From contig CM119271.1 of NCBI GenBank assembly GCA_051294375.1, positions 12,825,039 to 12,889,038 on the forward strand: a stretch of DNA of 64,000 bases. Reading direction: 5' to 3'. This document shows, piece by piece, positions 1 to 24,219 of this stretch. The notes beneath the pieces are model-generated. The model did not search any database and was not told the DNA's origin. It saw only the letters and a program-made list of their open reading frames with translations. Numbering within the stretch: position 1 is the first letter of the stretch; the number at the start of each line of letters is the position of its first letter. The translations under genes and the position numbers were made by a program. The DNA is from Paraspadella gotoi (lineage: Eukaryota > Animalia > Chaetognatha).

Positions 1-2108
1 CCGCAGTGCTAATGAGAGAGAAAGGTGACGACTCGTCGCAAATTTTAGAGGAATATTTTGAAAAGAAGAAAATTATTTTTACCTGGAAGCGTTTGAGATG
101 CAAAGTGAGCACGGCTGGCGGCGTGTGAATCAACAGCTGCTTCGATGCCGGACAGTAAATCGTCTTTGGCGGCGGGCGGCGCTGCTCGTCGGCGGCGGCG
201 GCGTCTTCGGAGGAGAGGCTCATCGCCGAGGACGTCTTCTCGGCGTTAGTGCAGACTTCACAGCCGAAACGATTAGAACCCGTCAGTAATTCCGCGGCTG
301 TGAACTGGTTTAAGCTGTTGTGGGCGGATGAAGAGAAGAAAGAAAAAAACTTGAGCGTAATTATAACATTGGCCGATCTTAACTATATAAACAATTTCTA
401 CTCGTAGTACATAAACAGATTGTTTACAAAGACCTTTCCAAAAAAAACAACCTGGCTAAAACAGAACACTCCTGCGGCTGCGGGCAATACTTTGACCCCA
501 ACGCCGCCGTCCCCGCCGACTTTTTCCGGTTGTGCAGCGCGGCGCCGACGTCGCTCGAACTTCCGCTCTTGGCGACGGCGCCGCCTTGATCGCCGGCGCC
601 GTCTTTGACGTCCTCGGCCACACCCTCCTCGTTGGTGACGACGAGCGCCAGCGGGGACACCGGGTATTCGACGGAGGCGTCATGTTTCCGTCGCTGTCAA
701 CGATGCGTCGGTGGCGAGGGAGAGTAATCTGCGAGTGGGAAGAGTCGAAGAAGAGATTGAGAAAACTTACTAAAACGAAGACTTTTAATTAAATACTTAC
801 GATATAAATCTATTATTTAATATCACGTTATCAGTAAGGGAAAAGTTCATACAAATTAATATTAATGGCAAACAATAATAATTAATCGTATTGTCTAATT
901 CTAATCGAGAGTAAAGTTCTTCAATTAAATGAATGTTAAACGTTCCACAAAAGTTTATGTTCAACATAAGAACAAATGCATCAACACGATACCGTGATTC
1001 CGTATCGACGTTATCCTCGACGTCCGCGTCCGAAGGCGCCTCCATCTCCGTCTCCGACAAGCAGCTTTCCTCGGCCACCCCCGACTTGGCGACCGAGTCC
1101 GCTTTCGCGGGAGAATCCGGCGCATTCGCGGGAGTTTCGGCGGAAGCGACTGGCGGAGGTTCCGACTTTGTTTCCGGCTGCGGAGAGGTAGACTCTTGGG
1201 CGACAGGTTCAGGCGGTGGGGGCGGCGTCCCGGGTGTCGCTTCGGGAGAAGGCGGGCGGGGCGGCGGCGGAGATTCTGGCGGTAATGGCGGAGGCGACTG
1301 TGACTGGGGCGGAGATTTTTGTGGCGATTGTGGGGATGACGGAGGAATTGGGGAAGACGGCTTTTTATCCTCCAACCATTCGTCAGGAGAGGTCTCGAGT
1401 GGGGCGGCTACGAAGGAAAAAATTGACATTAAAATACATTTTATAATAACGTTTTATGCAAATTTCCCTACAATCGACGATTAGTGATTCCCCGAATGCG
1501 TCTTCGGAACCAGAGTCGTCTTTGTCCTCCATCTCTTGGAACTGCTTCTCCTCCTCGAGGGCGTCCGGCGCCTCCACCGCCCCCGACTTTTCCTGACTCA
1601 ACTCCACTTTCTTCCGCGGCATCCAGAAATCCTTGAAGGACGATTCCCCGTCGAGCAATTTCTGAGAAATAGGAGGGGGAAAGCGTAAAGAAAAGTTCCG
1701 ATCGGCGATCGAGGGCGCCGTAGAAGACCTGTTCCGCCCGCTCCTTTTCCTCGCTCATCGTCAAACGCTGCAATTCCTCGGATAGCTCGTCGAAAGGAGC
1801 CATGGCGGCGGCGCCGACGCCGGGTTGTGACTCCTCTTGACTCGCTTGGCCGACGGCCGACTTCTGACGTCCTTTGGTTACAAAAGGGAAAGTTTTGGCA
1901 GATGGTATTTGAGACCAAGAGAGAAACAAAAGATGGAGCAATACCTTTCCGTTTAGACTTGGCGTCTTTCTTGGATTCTTTCTTCTTCTTTTTCTCCGAA
2001 TGTTTGGACGGTTTTTTAAACGACTCCACGTCGAGGAAATTCTCCGTCGCTCGAGCCTCTTCGCCTTTCGTCGCTCCTGATCAAATTGGGGGAAACAAGG
2101 ACGCTAAT

Positions 2109-2161
<53 letters not shown>

Positions 2162-5100
2162 CTCAACCCCGGCGGGACGCCCTTCTCCTCGACGATGGGG
2201 AGAGAGAGATCGAGGAATCCCTCGAAGACTTGGTTGACGGTGAGGCATTCGGTGCAGGTGATCGTCGAGATCAGCTGACCACCGAAGATGCTGTCGATCA
2301 CAGTGTGACTAGCCTGAAGGATTTTTCAAAGCAAAACGATTAAAATATAATTATTATTTTTACAAACAAACAAACTCGCCTGTCTTCCGTAGGCCTTGAG
2401 TTTGACTTTGGTCTTCTCGTCGACGCTTTTCGGGTTTACATTTTCCGGGAGACCGAAACTCTTCAAGATGGCCGCCTTCATTCGCTTCGCCTCCTCGGCG
2501 CGCATGGCGTCCAACAGATGGCGCAGGAGTTCGTGGGAATCCTGGGACCGTGGGCACAATCATGCATTTCTACATCATGTACATCTTTTTCACTAATTAA
2601 AGTTCGAATACTTGTTGCTGAAATCCTTTGAATCGCGGGGTTTTTTTGCAGATTTGGGTGAAGAGATTCCCGGGGCTGATGACGGAGAGTTTGGCGCTGG
2701 GGGCGTTCATCTCCGCGAAGAAGTTGACCATCGCCTGGGTGAGTTGCCCGCCGGCTGCGAGGAAAGGTTTGAGTTAATTTCATTTTCTAATACGAATATT
2801 AATTACGAGATTCGACCTGATAAAACGATGTCAAGCGGCGGAAGAGATCCGAGCGACTCTTCGGATCGAGAGGATCGTCGAGCGTCGTCGGAAGCGTCGG
2901 CGCCGATAACGTCTTCGGGAAGGTAACCGGGAAGACAGAGTTTCCTGAACAGAATAGGGGACCGGTGGTTGCTTTAAGCGTCCTTGACAAGTAGGCAATC
3001 AATAAATCTCAACGCCCTACCTGCCATTTTTGACAGTCTCGGCTAGAATGGATTCTACGAGCGGCGTCTGATTCATATTTTGAATGACGGAGTTGAAGAA
3101 ACAAGTGTTGCCAAGATTATTCAATCCTTTGATGATGACGACCTAAAAGTTTTGGAAATAATAATAAAGGATGAGATTAGTGTTAAAGATTAGGTTAGAT
3201 TTGGTAAGAAATTGGGGTTAGATAAAAACGTTAAAAAATTAAAGTTCTCAATTAACGAATAGAAATGAAACTATTGAGTATTGTGGCGGTATATTCACAC
3301 CGCCTCACGTCCACCATCCTGCAGCCAAATCCATTGGCTCAGAGGGGGAACGCACCATCCCAGGCGTTGTGTCCCATCCACAGTCCTCACGACTTCCCTC
3401 TGCGTTGGCAAAGCGAGACCGTCCTAGGGTAACCGCGCCAGTGACTGGAGGCGTCACTGAGGGTCGGAAGCCCCCAAAGCCAACAGTGAGATGCCCCATC
3501 CCAATGGGCATCGCAGGCAACCCGGCTGTTGCCATACTATCGGAAAATAGCGGCCAGAAATTTCGAAATTGAGCCGACCTTTCCAGAGAACGACATCCGC
3601 GAGGACGCGAAGGGTCGCGTCGAAAACTCCGCCTCCGGCTTTTCTCCGCTCGCCTTCTTCACGCCCTTGTGAAGTTTTCCGAGACCCGTCGCTTTGCGGA
3701 TGAAGTTGACGGCCTCCGCGAGAGCCTGGAGGATTCGGGTATGGTCGACTTCAATGTTTTAAACTTAAACTAATTAAACAATCGAGTAATAAAATTAAGC
3801 CTTGGAAGCACCTTCCCGGGTTCCGGTTGAATTTCATCGTCGCATTCGAAACAGTAGACGATCCAAGAGGTGGTGTTGACCACCAGGGCGTGGGAGGCTG
3901 AGCGAGGAACCTTTAAAAGAAAGGACTTTATTTTACATTATAACTTAAATATTATCCATTATTAAATAAGAATTGTTTAGAACAAATAGAAAGATTATCC
4001 CATTTATTTATTAATTAAGCTATCTTTTCCTCGATTATGAACAATGAAGTTATGGTGGGTTACCAACAATATACGGATTATGTAGTCGTACATTGTCATT
4101 TAACAAAATTCTCTTTCAGCGGGGTCCGTCGTCAGGACTTTACATAAGTCCATTACATTGCCCGAAAACAATATTTCACTAATCGATAAGCACTTATTTT
4201 TTCCTCCCCAAATTGCTCTCGCCTTAAAATGCGAAAAGGCGTGTCCGCTAGTGGCGCTGCCGCAGCCCTGATGCCCGCACTGCAGGCAGAGCCATATCGT
4301 TGGCGCCAGAGTCAAAGATTCTGGAGACAAAGCGACCCCGCCGTTTTGTTCCGGCGTCGTGGCCGAGGGTGATTGAGCGCCGTCGACATTCTCGGCGCCG
4401 GACGACGCTTCCTGTTTTCCGTTGGGCGTGGCCTTGCCGGCGCTCGTTTTTCGAGCGATGTTGAGACAAGAGGTACAGTCGCCGGAGACGCCGATTTGGC
4501 GCAGCGCCTTTTTAGCCGCGTTTAAGTTGACGCTCTTATTAACGTGAAGGCAAGTCTGGCCAGAGTTGACGGCGTCCGCTTGAGTTCCTTCGTCGCTCGA
4601 CTCGCTGAAGAGACAGACGAAAAAACAAACTTGAAAACAAAACGAAAAACAAAACAAAATGATAAAAAAATGGTTGTTGCCCGACCTGTTGAGCGCCTCC
4701 CGTTTTCTGAACTTGTGCTTCTTCTTCACCATCCCAGCTCCGTAGGTGAGGCTATCCTCTCCGTCGCGACCGATGCCTCCGATCGCCAATCCTGAAGCTT
4801 GAGCCTGAGACGGCAGGGAAGACTTGCATGGGCCTGAGATGGGGAGAAAATGTGGCAGGAATGATGATTTAATTAATTGATTAATGCGAAGAATATAAAT
4901 ATTCTACCATGGGAGTAGGGACCGATAGCACAAAACTACATATTTTATCGATTGAAAAATAAAAATATGAGTTTATAAACAGATAGTTTTGCTGTGTCAA
5001 TATTCTCTGGCGTGAATGAAATGAAAAGGTATAATGGTATAATATTACAAATAATGAATTAAATGCTAAACAATTCATACAGAAACAGGAGGAACACAGA

Positions 5101-5266
5101 ACAACGTCCCCTCACCGGAAACGCCGCCCGTCCCCGAGAGGGTGGGCGTGGCACGACCCGCGTTGAGCGTTAGAATCGAGGATCGGGAGACGGAGGCGCT
5201 GGCCGATGGTGAAGTCGCCGACGACGACGCCGGACGAGACTTGTCAGCCAAATCCAGAACACGCAT
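1..5266 (-). CDS. USP16/USP45: Ubiquitin carboxyl-terminal hydrolase, USP16/USP45 family (multi-exon, 3' end beyond the window)
   Basis: Spliced translation shows a ZnF-UBP domain (TCLHV...CTSC...[13 protein letters not shown]...HAFSHF...[10 protein letters not shown]), the Cys box [17 protein letters not shown] (~3120-3075), [32 protein letters not shown]...FLDLSLP and ECSVLASLNQFT...CEVC...LTLHLKRFQ. Start is either ATG 5266 (MRVLD..., splices in frame to 4833) or ATG 4732 (MVKKKHK). One unresolved frame break near 690-730. Confidence 0.93.
3404..3484 (+). ncRNA. Candidate twister ribozyme, P5-type permutation
   Basis: P5 GTTGGC(3404-09)/GCCAAC(3479-84); AAA linker; P2 GCG/CGC; GA-CCG (3417-21); short P1 hairpin; U^AA (3430-32); GC (3437-38); P3 CAGTGAC/GTCACTG; P4 GGG/CCC closing loop TCGGAAGC. 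Loop CGG can pair with CCG and loop GC with 3437-38 (the two twister pseudoknots). One A-C mismatch each at the ends of P2 and P4. Confidence 0.7.
4048..4168 (-). ncRNA. Candidate intronic box H/ACA snoRNA
   Basis: On the host strand in a USP intron: hairpin (GGACTT/AAGTCC upper stem), ANANNA box AGAGAA (4114-4109), second hairpin (ACAATGTACG/CGTATATTGT), then ATA+3 nt. About 121 nt. No target identified and the 3' box is non-canonical. Confidence 0.3.
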
Positions 5267-5299
5267 GAGAAAGTCCGGATCGAGGAGGCGGAACTGGGG

Positions 5300-5370
5300 A
5301 GCAAGCCGCCGGAAGAAAAGAGTCGAGGTGAGTGGAAAAAGGCGGAGCCGGAAGCAGGCCGCCGGAAAGA
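5300..5370. promoter_or_regulatory. ETS-type motif cluster, probable USP16/45 promoter
   Basis: Three CCGGAA cores within ~65 bp of GC-rich DNA just upstream of ATG 5266. Confidence 0.4.
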
Positions 5371-5658
5371 AAGTCGAGGACGCGAATCTCTTAAGACATT
5401 GAGCAAATATTCCGTTGATTGTGCATCATTAGTTTGTTTTTTTTCTTTTTAGTTAAAAAAAACAACAAAAAAAATAGACGAATAAATTTTCAATACGTTG
5501 AACGCTTTGCGTGCTCTTTTCGTAAGCTACATTGAAATACGCCGGGCCAACGAAAATTTATCACAATATTAAATTATCTTTTATCTAAAGAATGAAGTAA
5601 GTATCATCTAAAATGAGGAGTTTTAAAGTCTGGAATGAGTTAGTTTGTTTCCTTCCCT

Positions 5659-9437
<3,779 letters not shown>

Positions 9438-10145
9438 TTTTCAAAGACGGACGTCGACGGCAAGATTACGATCGAAGAAATTCCCGACGGAAAAAAAGAT
9501 GAAGTGGCTCGTCGAGAATCACTCAGATTAAGGGTGCTCCGGTAACATAGATTCGAATGGCTCGTCGAGAATGGCTTCTTCGACAGCCAGAGGCTTTTGA
9601 CTTCCTGTCATCGATCGATGCTTCAAAGACGAAAGAGAAAAAAAAGTGAAAAGAATCGAGTTTTGTGATGAGTCTCGACTCGGGGCGTAAATCTCTTTTT
9701 TTTTTTGCTTTCGAAGCTTAAACTGGGATCGATCCCGGGTCTTTTACGATCGCCTAGTTTGTGTTCTTTCTTCTTTTTTTTTGTTCTGAAGAAAAATATC
9801 TAAACGTCACTGAAGAAAACGAAAATATAAAAAATGCGCGAAAAAATGTGAACGAAAAAATATCGTCGGGAGAATAAAAGGATAAAAAGAGTAATAATAA
9901 TAATTGTTTAAAATATAAAAAAAATGAGAGATCGACTGAAAAAGTTTTTAAAAAAAAGTAAGCGAGAAAAATTCGTAATTAAATCTGGGATGATATCACT
10001 CGACAACCCCTCTCCCGCCGAGCCGTCCCCCCCCGGATTGTTTTGCTTTCGCAAGGTGATTTTCGGAGGCGTCGGCGGCGACGAGGACGCTGGCGGCAGC
10101 GGCGGCGGCGTGGGTCCGTTTCTCGGCCGCGCTTCCGCGCCGAAG

Positions 10146-10555
10146 CTAATTCGTCTTGGTCCGTGTTTCTCTTAATCCTTGGCCGTCCTCGACGAGGCCG
10201 TCGTCCTCGTAACCGTCAATCCCGACCCGTGCCCGACCTGGCCCACCCTTTTCTCGTCGGGGCCAAAATAACACGCTCGAAATGACGAAAAGACCTGGAA
10301 AAGTTTTTGACGAGTTTACGGATTTAAAAAAAAAAGAGAAGGAATGTTATGGATGGATGAAAAAAGAGGTTTTGATCGATATTAGTCTATCTCTCTCTCT
10401 CACCATTCTCTCACACACACAAAAAAAAAAAATCCCTCACCGAGCACAAAGAGAATCTGGGTGATGGACAATAAGTGGGACGTGAACCAGTGAAGGTTCA
10501 TCGTTAGAGTCGACATCGTCTCATCTTTGTGGGAAAATATGGCCAAGCTGTTCAT
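10146..10555 (-). CDS. Hypothetical 87-aa single-pass membrane microprotein (2 exons: 10555-10441, 10294-10146)
   Basis: Phase-1 GT-AG intron joins MNSLAIFSHKDETMSTLTMNLHWFTSHLLSITQILFVL to GLFVISSVLFWPRREKGGPGRARVGIDGYEDDGLVEDGQGLRETRTKTN*; one hydrophobic helix spanning the junction, followed by basic residues. Confidence 0.5.
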
Positions 10556-10720
10556 CTGAGAGATAGAGAGAGAGAGATCGAAGGAAAGACAAAATTGATA
10601 ATCGAATCAGAAGGACAAATCGACTTCTTAGCGGTTAAAGTACTCACAATGCCCCAGTAACATCAACATTTCGAAGATCAATGGTCATTAATTACAATGA
10701 TGTCATGAATAAAATATATA

Positions 10721-10865
10721 TGAAATTGGTACAACCAATATAAAAATTATCCATTCATTTAATAAATAAGCTATCTTGCCCCTTTGGACAGGCTTTGGTG
10801 GTTTAAGGCCTCTCTCACTCTTACAAGATAATGACATAGCAGGTCCCTGCAAGCTTTCAATCATT
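10721..10865 (+). mobile_element. Dispersed repeat family A (AT-rich short interspersed element)
   Basis: Sequence GAAATTGGTACAACCAATATAAAAATTATCCATTCATTTAATAAATAAGCTATCTTGCCC... recurs at ~11031, ~24431, ~28325-28545 (-), ~45018, ~53645, ~63448 and ~63702-63917 (-). Confidence 0.8.
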
Positions 10866-13005
10866 ATTATATGATTACTCGTCCGATAGCTATTTATCAT
10901 TTTCTTTATTATTTTGTAAAAATATAATTTTAGGAGTGTTGTCGAATGGTCAGAGTTCTAAGTGAAATGTCATTATCGTTTAACTTTTGAAGCTTTAACA
11001 TTAAGCTTTGTAAAAGCTGCAACAGATGTACGAAATTGGTACAACCAATATAAAAATTACCCATTCATTACAACAAATAAGCGATCTTGCTCCTGACTAT
11101 AAACTTCTGCTCATTCTGTTTATATTTCTTCTTCGTCGTTGAAGTTATATTCTACGGATATAACAGGTATCCATACATAATAGTTCGACGTTGCGTTAAA
11201 TAATTCGTCACACGTGAAACATTTTGCAGATCAAACGTCATTTTAATTCAAACCTCTAATTCACACATTACGTGTGTTAGATCCAAAGANNNNNNNNNNT
11301 ACCGACAAATCGCACCTAAATGATTAAACGAAGAAACCCAATGTCCATGAGGGTCATCGGCGAAACGACAACATTGCGCGACCAGATGGCAACGTCACCA
11401 ACAGATTGCAGAAGGACGACGCTAAACTTCGTCTCTTCTTGGTTTTTTTTTCGTCGATTTAATTTTCAAAAGAAGTAAGAATAACTAATATAGCGATCGA
11501 AAATCCTAAATTATTCTTAGTTTAAGCTAAATATATTAAATAAATGTTAAAAACATTGGCAAGGAATTGCACAACAAGTGCATGTGGCCGGAATCCTGGT
11601 CCAAAGGCGACGACAACGACGACGACGACGAAAACTCAAGTTAAAGAAAAACAAAAGACAAAAAGCATAAGAAATTATAATTTTAAATTTATTATTTCAA
11701 TTATTTATTACTTACCATGAATGAAAATAAATGGCAGCGGCTTTCAAGCCAAAACTCGGCATTTTAAATTTTAAAAAAATTACAAGTCATGGCGATCACA
11801 CTCTCGCATACCCACAAAACATAAGCTTCTTTTGAATGTTTTTGCCATATCTTCGCCTGTAAAAAGATCACAAAAACATACGACGAAAGTTGAGAAATTT
11901 AACTGAATTTAATTTAATTTATCACGGGAATTGTCGACTATGATCAAGATCATGATCAAGATGGCACTCTCAGTTTTCTCCCGTCCTCGTCAGTGCCAAG
12001 TGCTCCGAAGCTGTGAAATGAATACTTCTTTAGAGGGGAAATACTGCAAAGCTAAGCTCAGACGAGCATCTGATCTCGCCTCACACATTCATCGTTGAAC
12101 AGTTCAAGGAGACAATGTCACTGTATAAGGATCGGCTCCATCCATGATCGCAAATTAACCAAACGGCTCGGTCAAAGCTCGAAATTGACCAGATGCCGGT
12201 CAGCCCAGGCAGCAAAACCATTAATAAAACTTTCATTTCGAAAGGAAAGAGTAAATTCCTTGCTCTTCTTCGGAACTACTTGGATTCTAAAGACGGCTGA
12301 TACGTCAGGGTCATCGGATTTCTCATCAACATTTAATGAAGATTCCAATTCAATCGGAAGGAAGAATCAATAAAAAAAATATTAAAAAAATTCAGACAAT
12401 GCCTGACAAGATTTTTAAGTTCTCTTTTATCTCTAATTCTGAATTAACATCCTGACTTTTTTTTTTCTTTAATCTTTTCTCAGGAAACCAGAAGCAGTGG
12501 AATAGATTAAATAGATTTTTAATCTTAAAATCGATTTTCGAATCCGCGATTTTCGCGTGTCCGTCATTCTCTATTCTGATTGGTCCAAATTCTTTCGGCC
12601 TTATCTCTAGACTTGTCTCGACCCGATCCTTCAATTGGTCCAGCCGTCTAGGCAACCCGGGCGGCGTCGGCTGCGGCGGACGGCGGCGGCTGCAGCGGCG
12701 GGTCGGCGCTCGTTACCAGGCACGAGAGAGGTTTCCAAGTGGACGCCAGCGACTGGACAACTTGATAAGAAACTCTGACCAATTTTTTTTCCGACGTCGA
12801 GTAAATATCCTGGGTCTTTTTACGGACAATTCGCGATACGAAACGTGGAGACGACGATTTGTTACGAAATTGTATTCCAGATAAATTTAAGAAATAAATT
12901 AAATCTTAATATTAATATATATATTAATTAAATGAAATCGAAAATATAGTATTGAACAAACAGTGAAAATTGTTATTAGTCAGTGAGAGAACCAATATAA
13001 TTATA

Positions 13006-13081
13006 AGCAGTCCCTGAGCTTCGGATCAGTCTGTAACACCGTGTTACAGGCGGGTTAAGCGCCCCGTCCCTATTAACTGCT
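13006..13081 (-). ncRNA. Candidate twister ribozyme, P5-type permutation
   Basis: Minus strand: P5 AGCAGTT/GACTGCT; AATA linker; P2 GG/CC (third pair A-C); GA-CGG; minimal P1; U^AA (predicted cut 13057/13056); GC; P3 CTGTAACA/TGTTACAG; P4 CTGA/TCAG closing loop TCCGAAGC. Loop CCG pairs with CGG. Confidence 0.72.
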
Positions 13082-13082
13082 A

Positions 13083-13155
13083 GGCGACCACCGGGCTAAA
13101 ACCCCGGACCTTTGGGCTGGGAGGCGAATGACTTGCCTCCTGCTCCAATGGCTGC
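13083..13155 (-). mobile_element. tRNA-derived (SINE-like) Pol III head, degenerate tRNA-Gly-like
   Basis: GCAGCCA/TGGTCGC acceptor-like stem, A-box-like TGGAGCAGGAGG, TCGCCTCCCA, T-arm CCGGG-GTTTTAG-CCCGG. The anticodon stem does not pair, so it is not a functional tRNA. Confidence 0.55.
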
Positions 13156-13511
13156 TGATGAACGGTTGGTGGATTTTAGTCCACCATAGTATGTATTTTT
13201 CTTAAGCTTCTTCCATTCATTGTTTATTTCTATAATTAGCTAATTAACTAACCAAATCTAATTATTTTAATCTCTTTTTCTGTCAAGATTCGAAAAAAAT
13301 TGTGAGCAAAAAAATGGTCATCGGCAGAGGCCACCAATCGCCGCGGACAGCATCGTGACTCTGACGCGAGGGACGGTTTGGACGGTGACGATTTTTCACT
13401 ACGATCACGATTAATCACGACAAACTCAAAATTTAAAATCACGACCTCGCTGTACGCGTTGCTACGATATCGAATCTAAGATATACTGGTAGGTCTTTCA
13501 CTCTCTCTCTT

Positions 13512-13569
<58 letters not shown>

Positions 13570-13756
13570 CTATTTTAATTATAATCTTTGACGTTAAAAA
13601 TTAAAATGTATTGGCAAAAATATACAATTCGCATTTGTCAAATCCACATTCCACAATCAACAATTATTTCAATATTTTAGTAAACATTATTTACTTTCGT
13701 CTCTCTTATCGCCCAGACAATTTTATTGACGAGCTTTGATTATTTTTTTATTGATA

Positions 13757-13807
<51 letters not shown>

Positions 13808-13876
13808 AAGAGAGAGAGAGAGGATAAAGAGAGAGATTATTTTGATTATTTTTTATTGAGAGAGAGAGAGGGAGAG

Positions 13877-13986
<110 letters not shown>

Positions 13987-14312
13987 ACTCTTAAGAAATT
14001 CGGTTTATCAAAGAGATTTCGCGATACATGCTTTCGAGGTTAAAAAAATCACCAGAGACAGAGAGAGAGGGAGAGAAAGGGAGACAGACAGAGACAGACG
14101 GAGACAGAGAGAAAGAATCGCTTTTAAAGAATCACTTCGTAAAAATCTTCCGTAGAGCGTCCCATTCGTTCTAACGCTCAAAACGAACGTGACCCAAGTC
14201 CATAGTTATTTTCTTAGCTTATCCTTTTGTTTTCCTAATTTTCAAATAGGAGAGATAGAGATAGAGATAGAGGAATAAAGAGAAAGAGAGAGATAGAGAC
14301 AGAGTCGCGAAG

Positions 14313-24184
<9,872 letters not shown>

Positions 24185-24188
24185 GGAG

Positions 24189-24219
<31 letters not shown>

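Noticed and set aside
3283-3537. Telomerase RNA, RNase P/MRP or HDV-like ribozyme identity for the intronic island
   Set aside because: No CUAACCCU template, no CR-V partner for the GGAAG motif and no P3/P1.1 pairing; the twister fold fits better
4110-4155. Hammerhead-like CTGACGA...GAAA on the minus strand
   Set aside because: Stem II lacks the closing pair, and no stem III or NUH cleavage triplet can form
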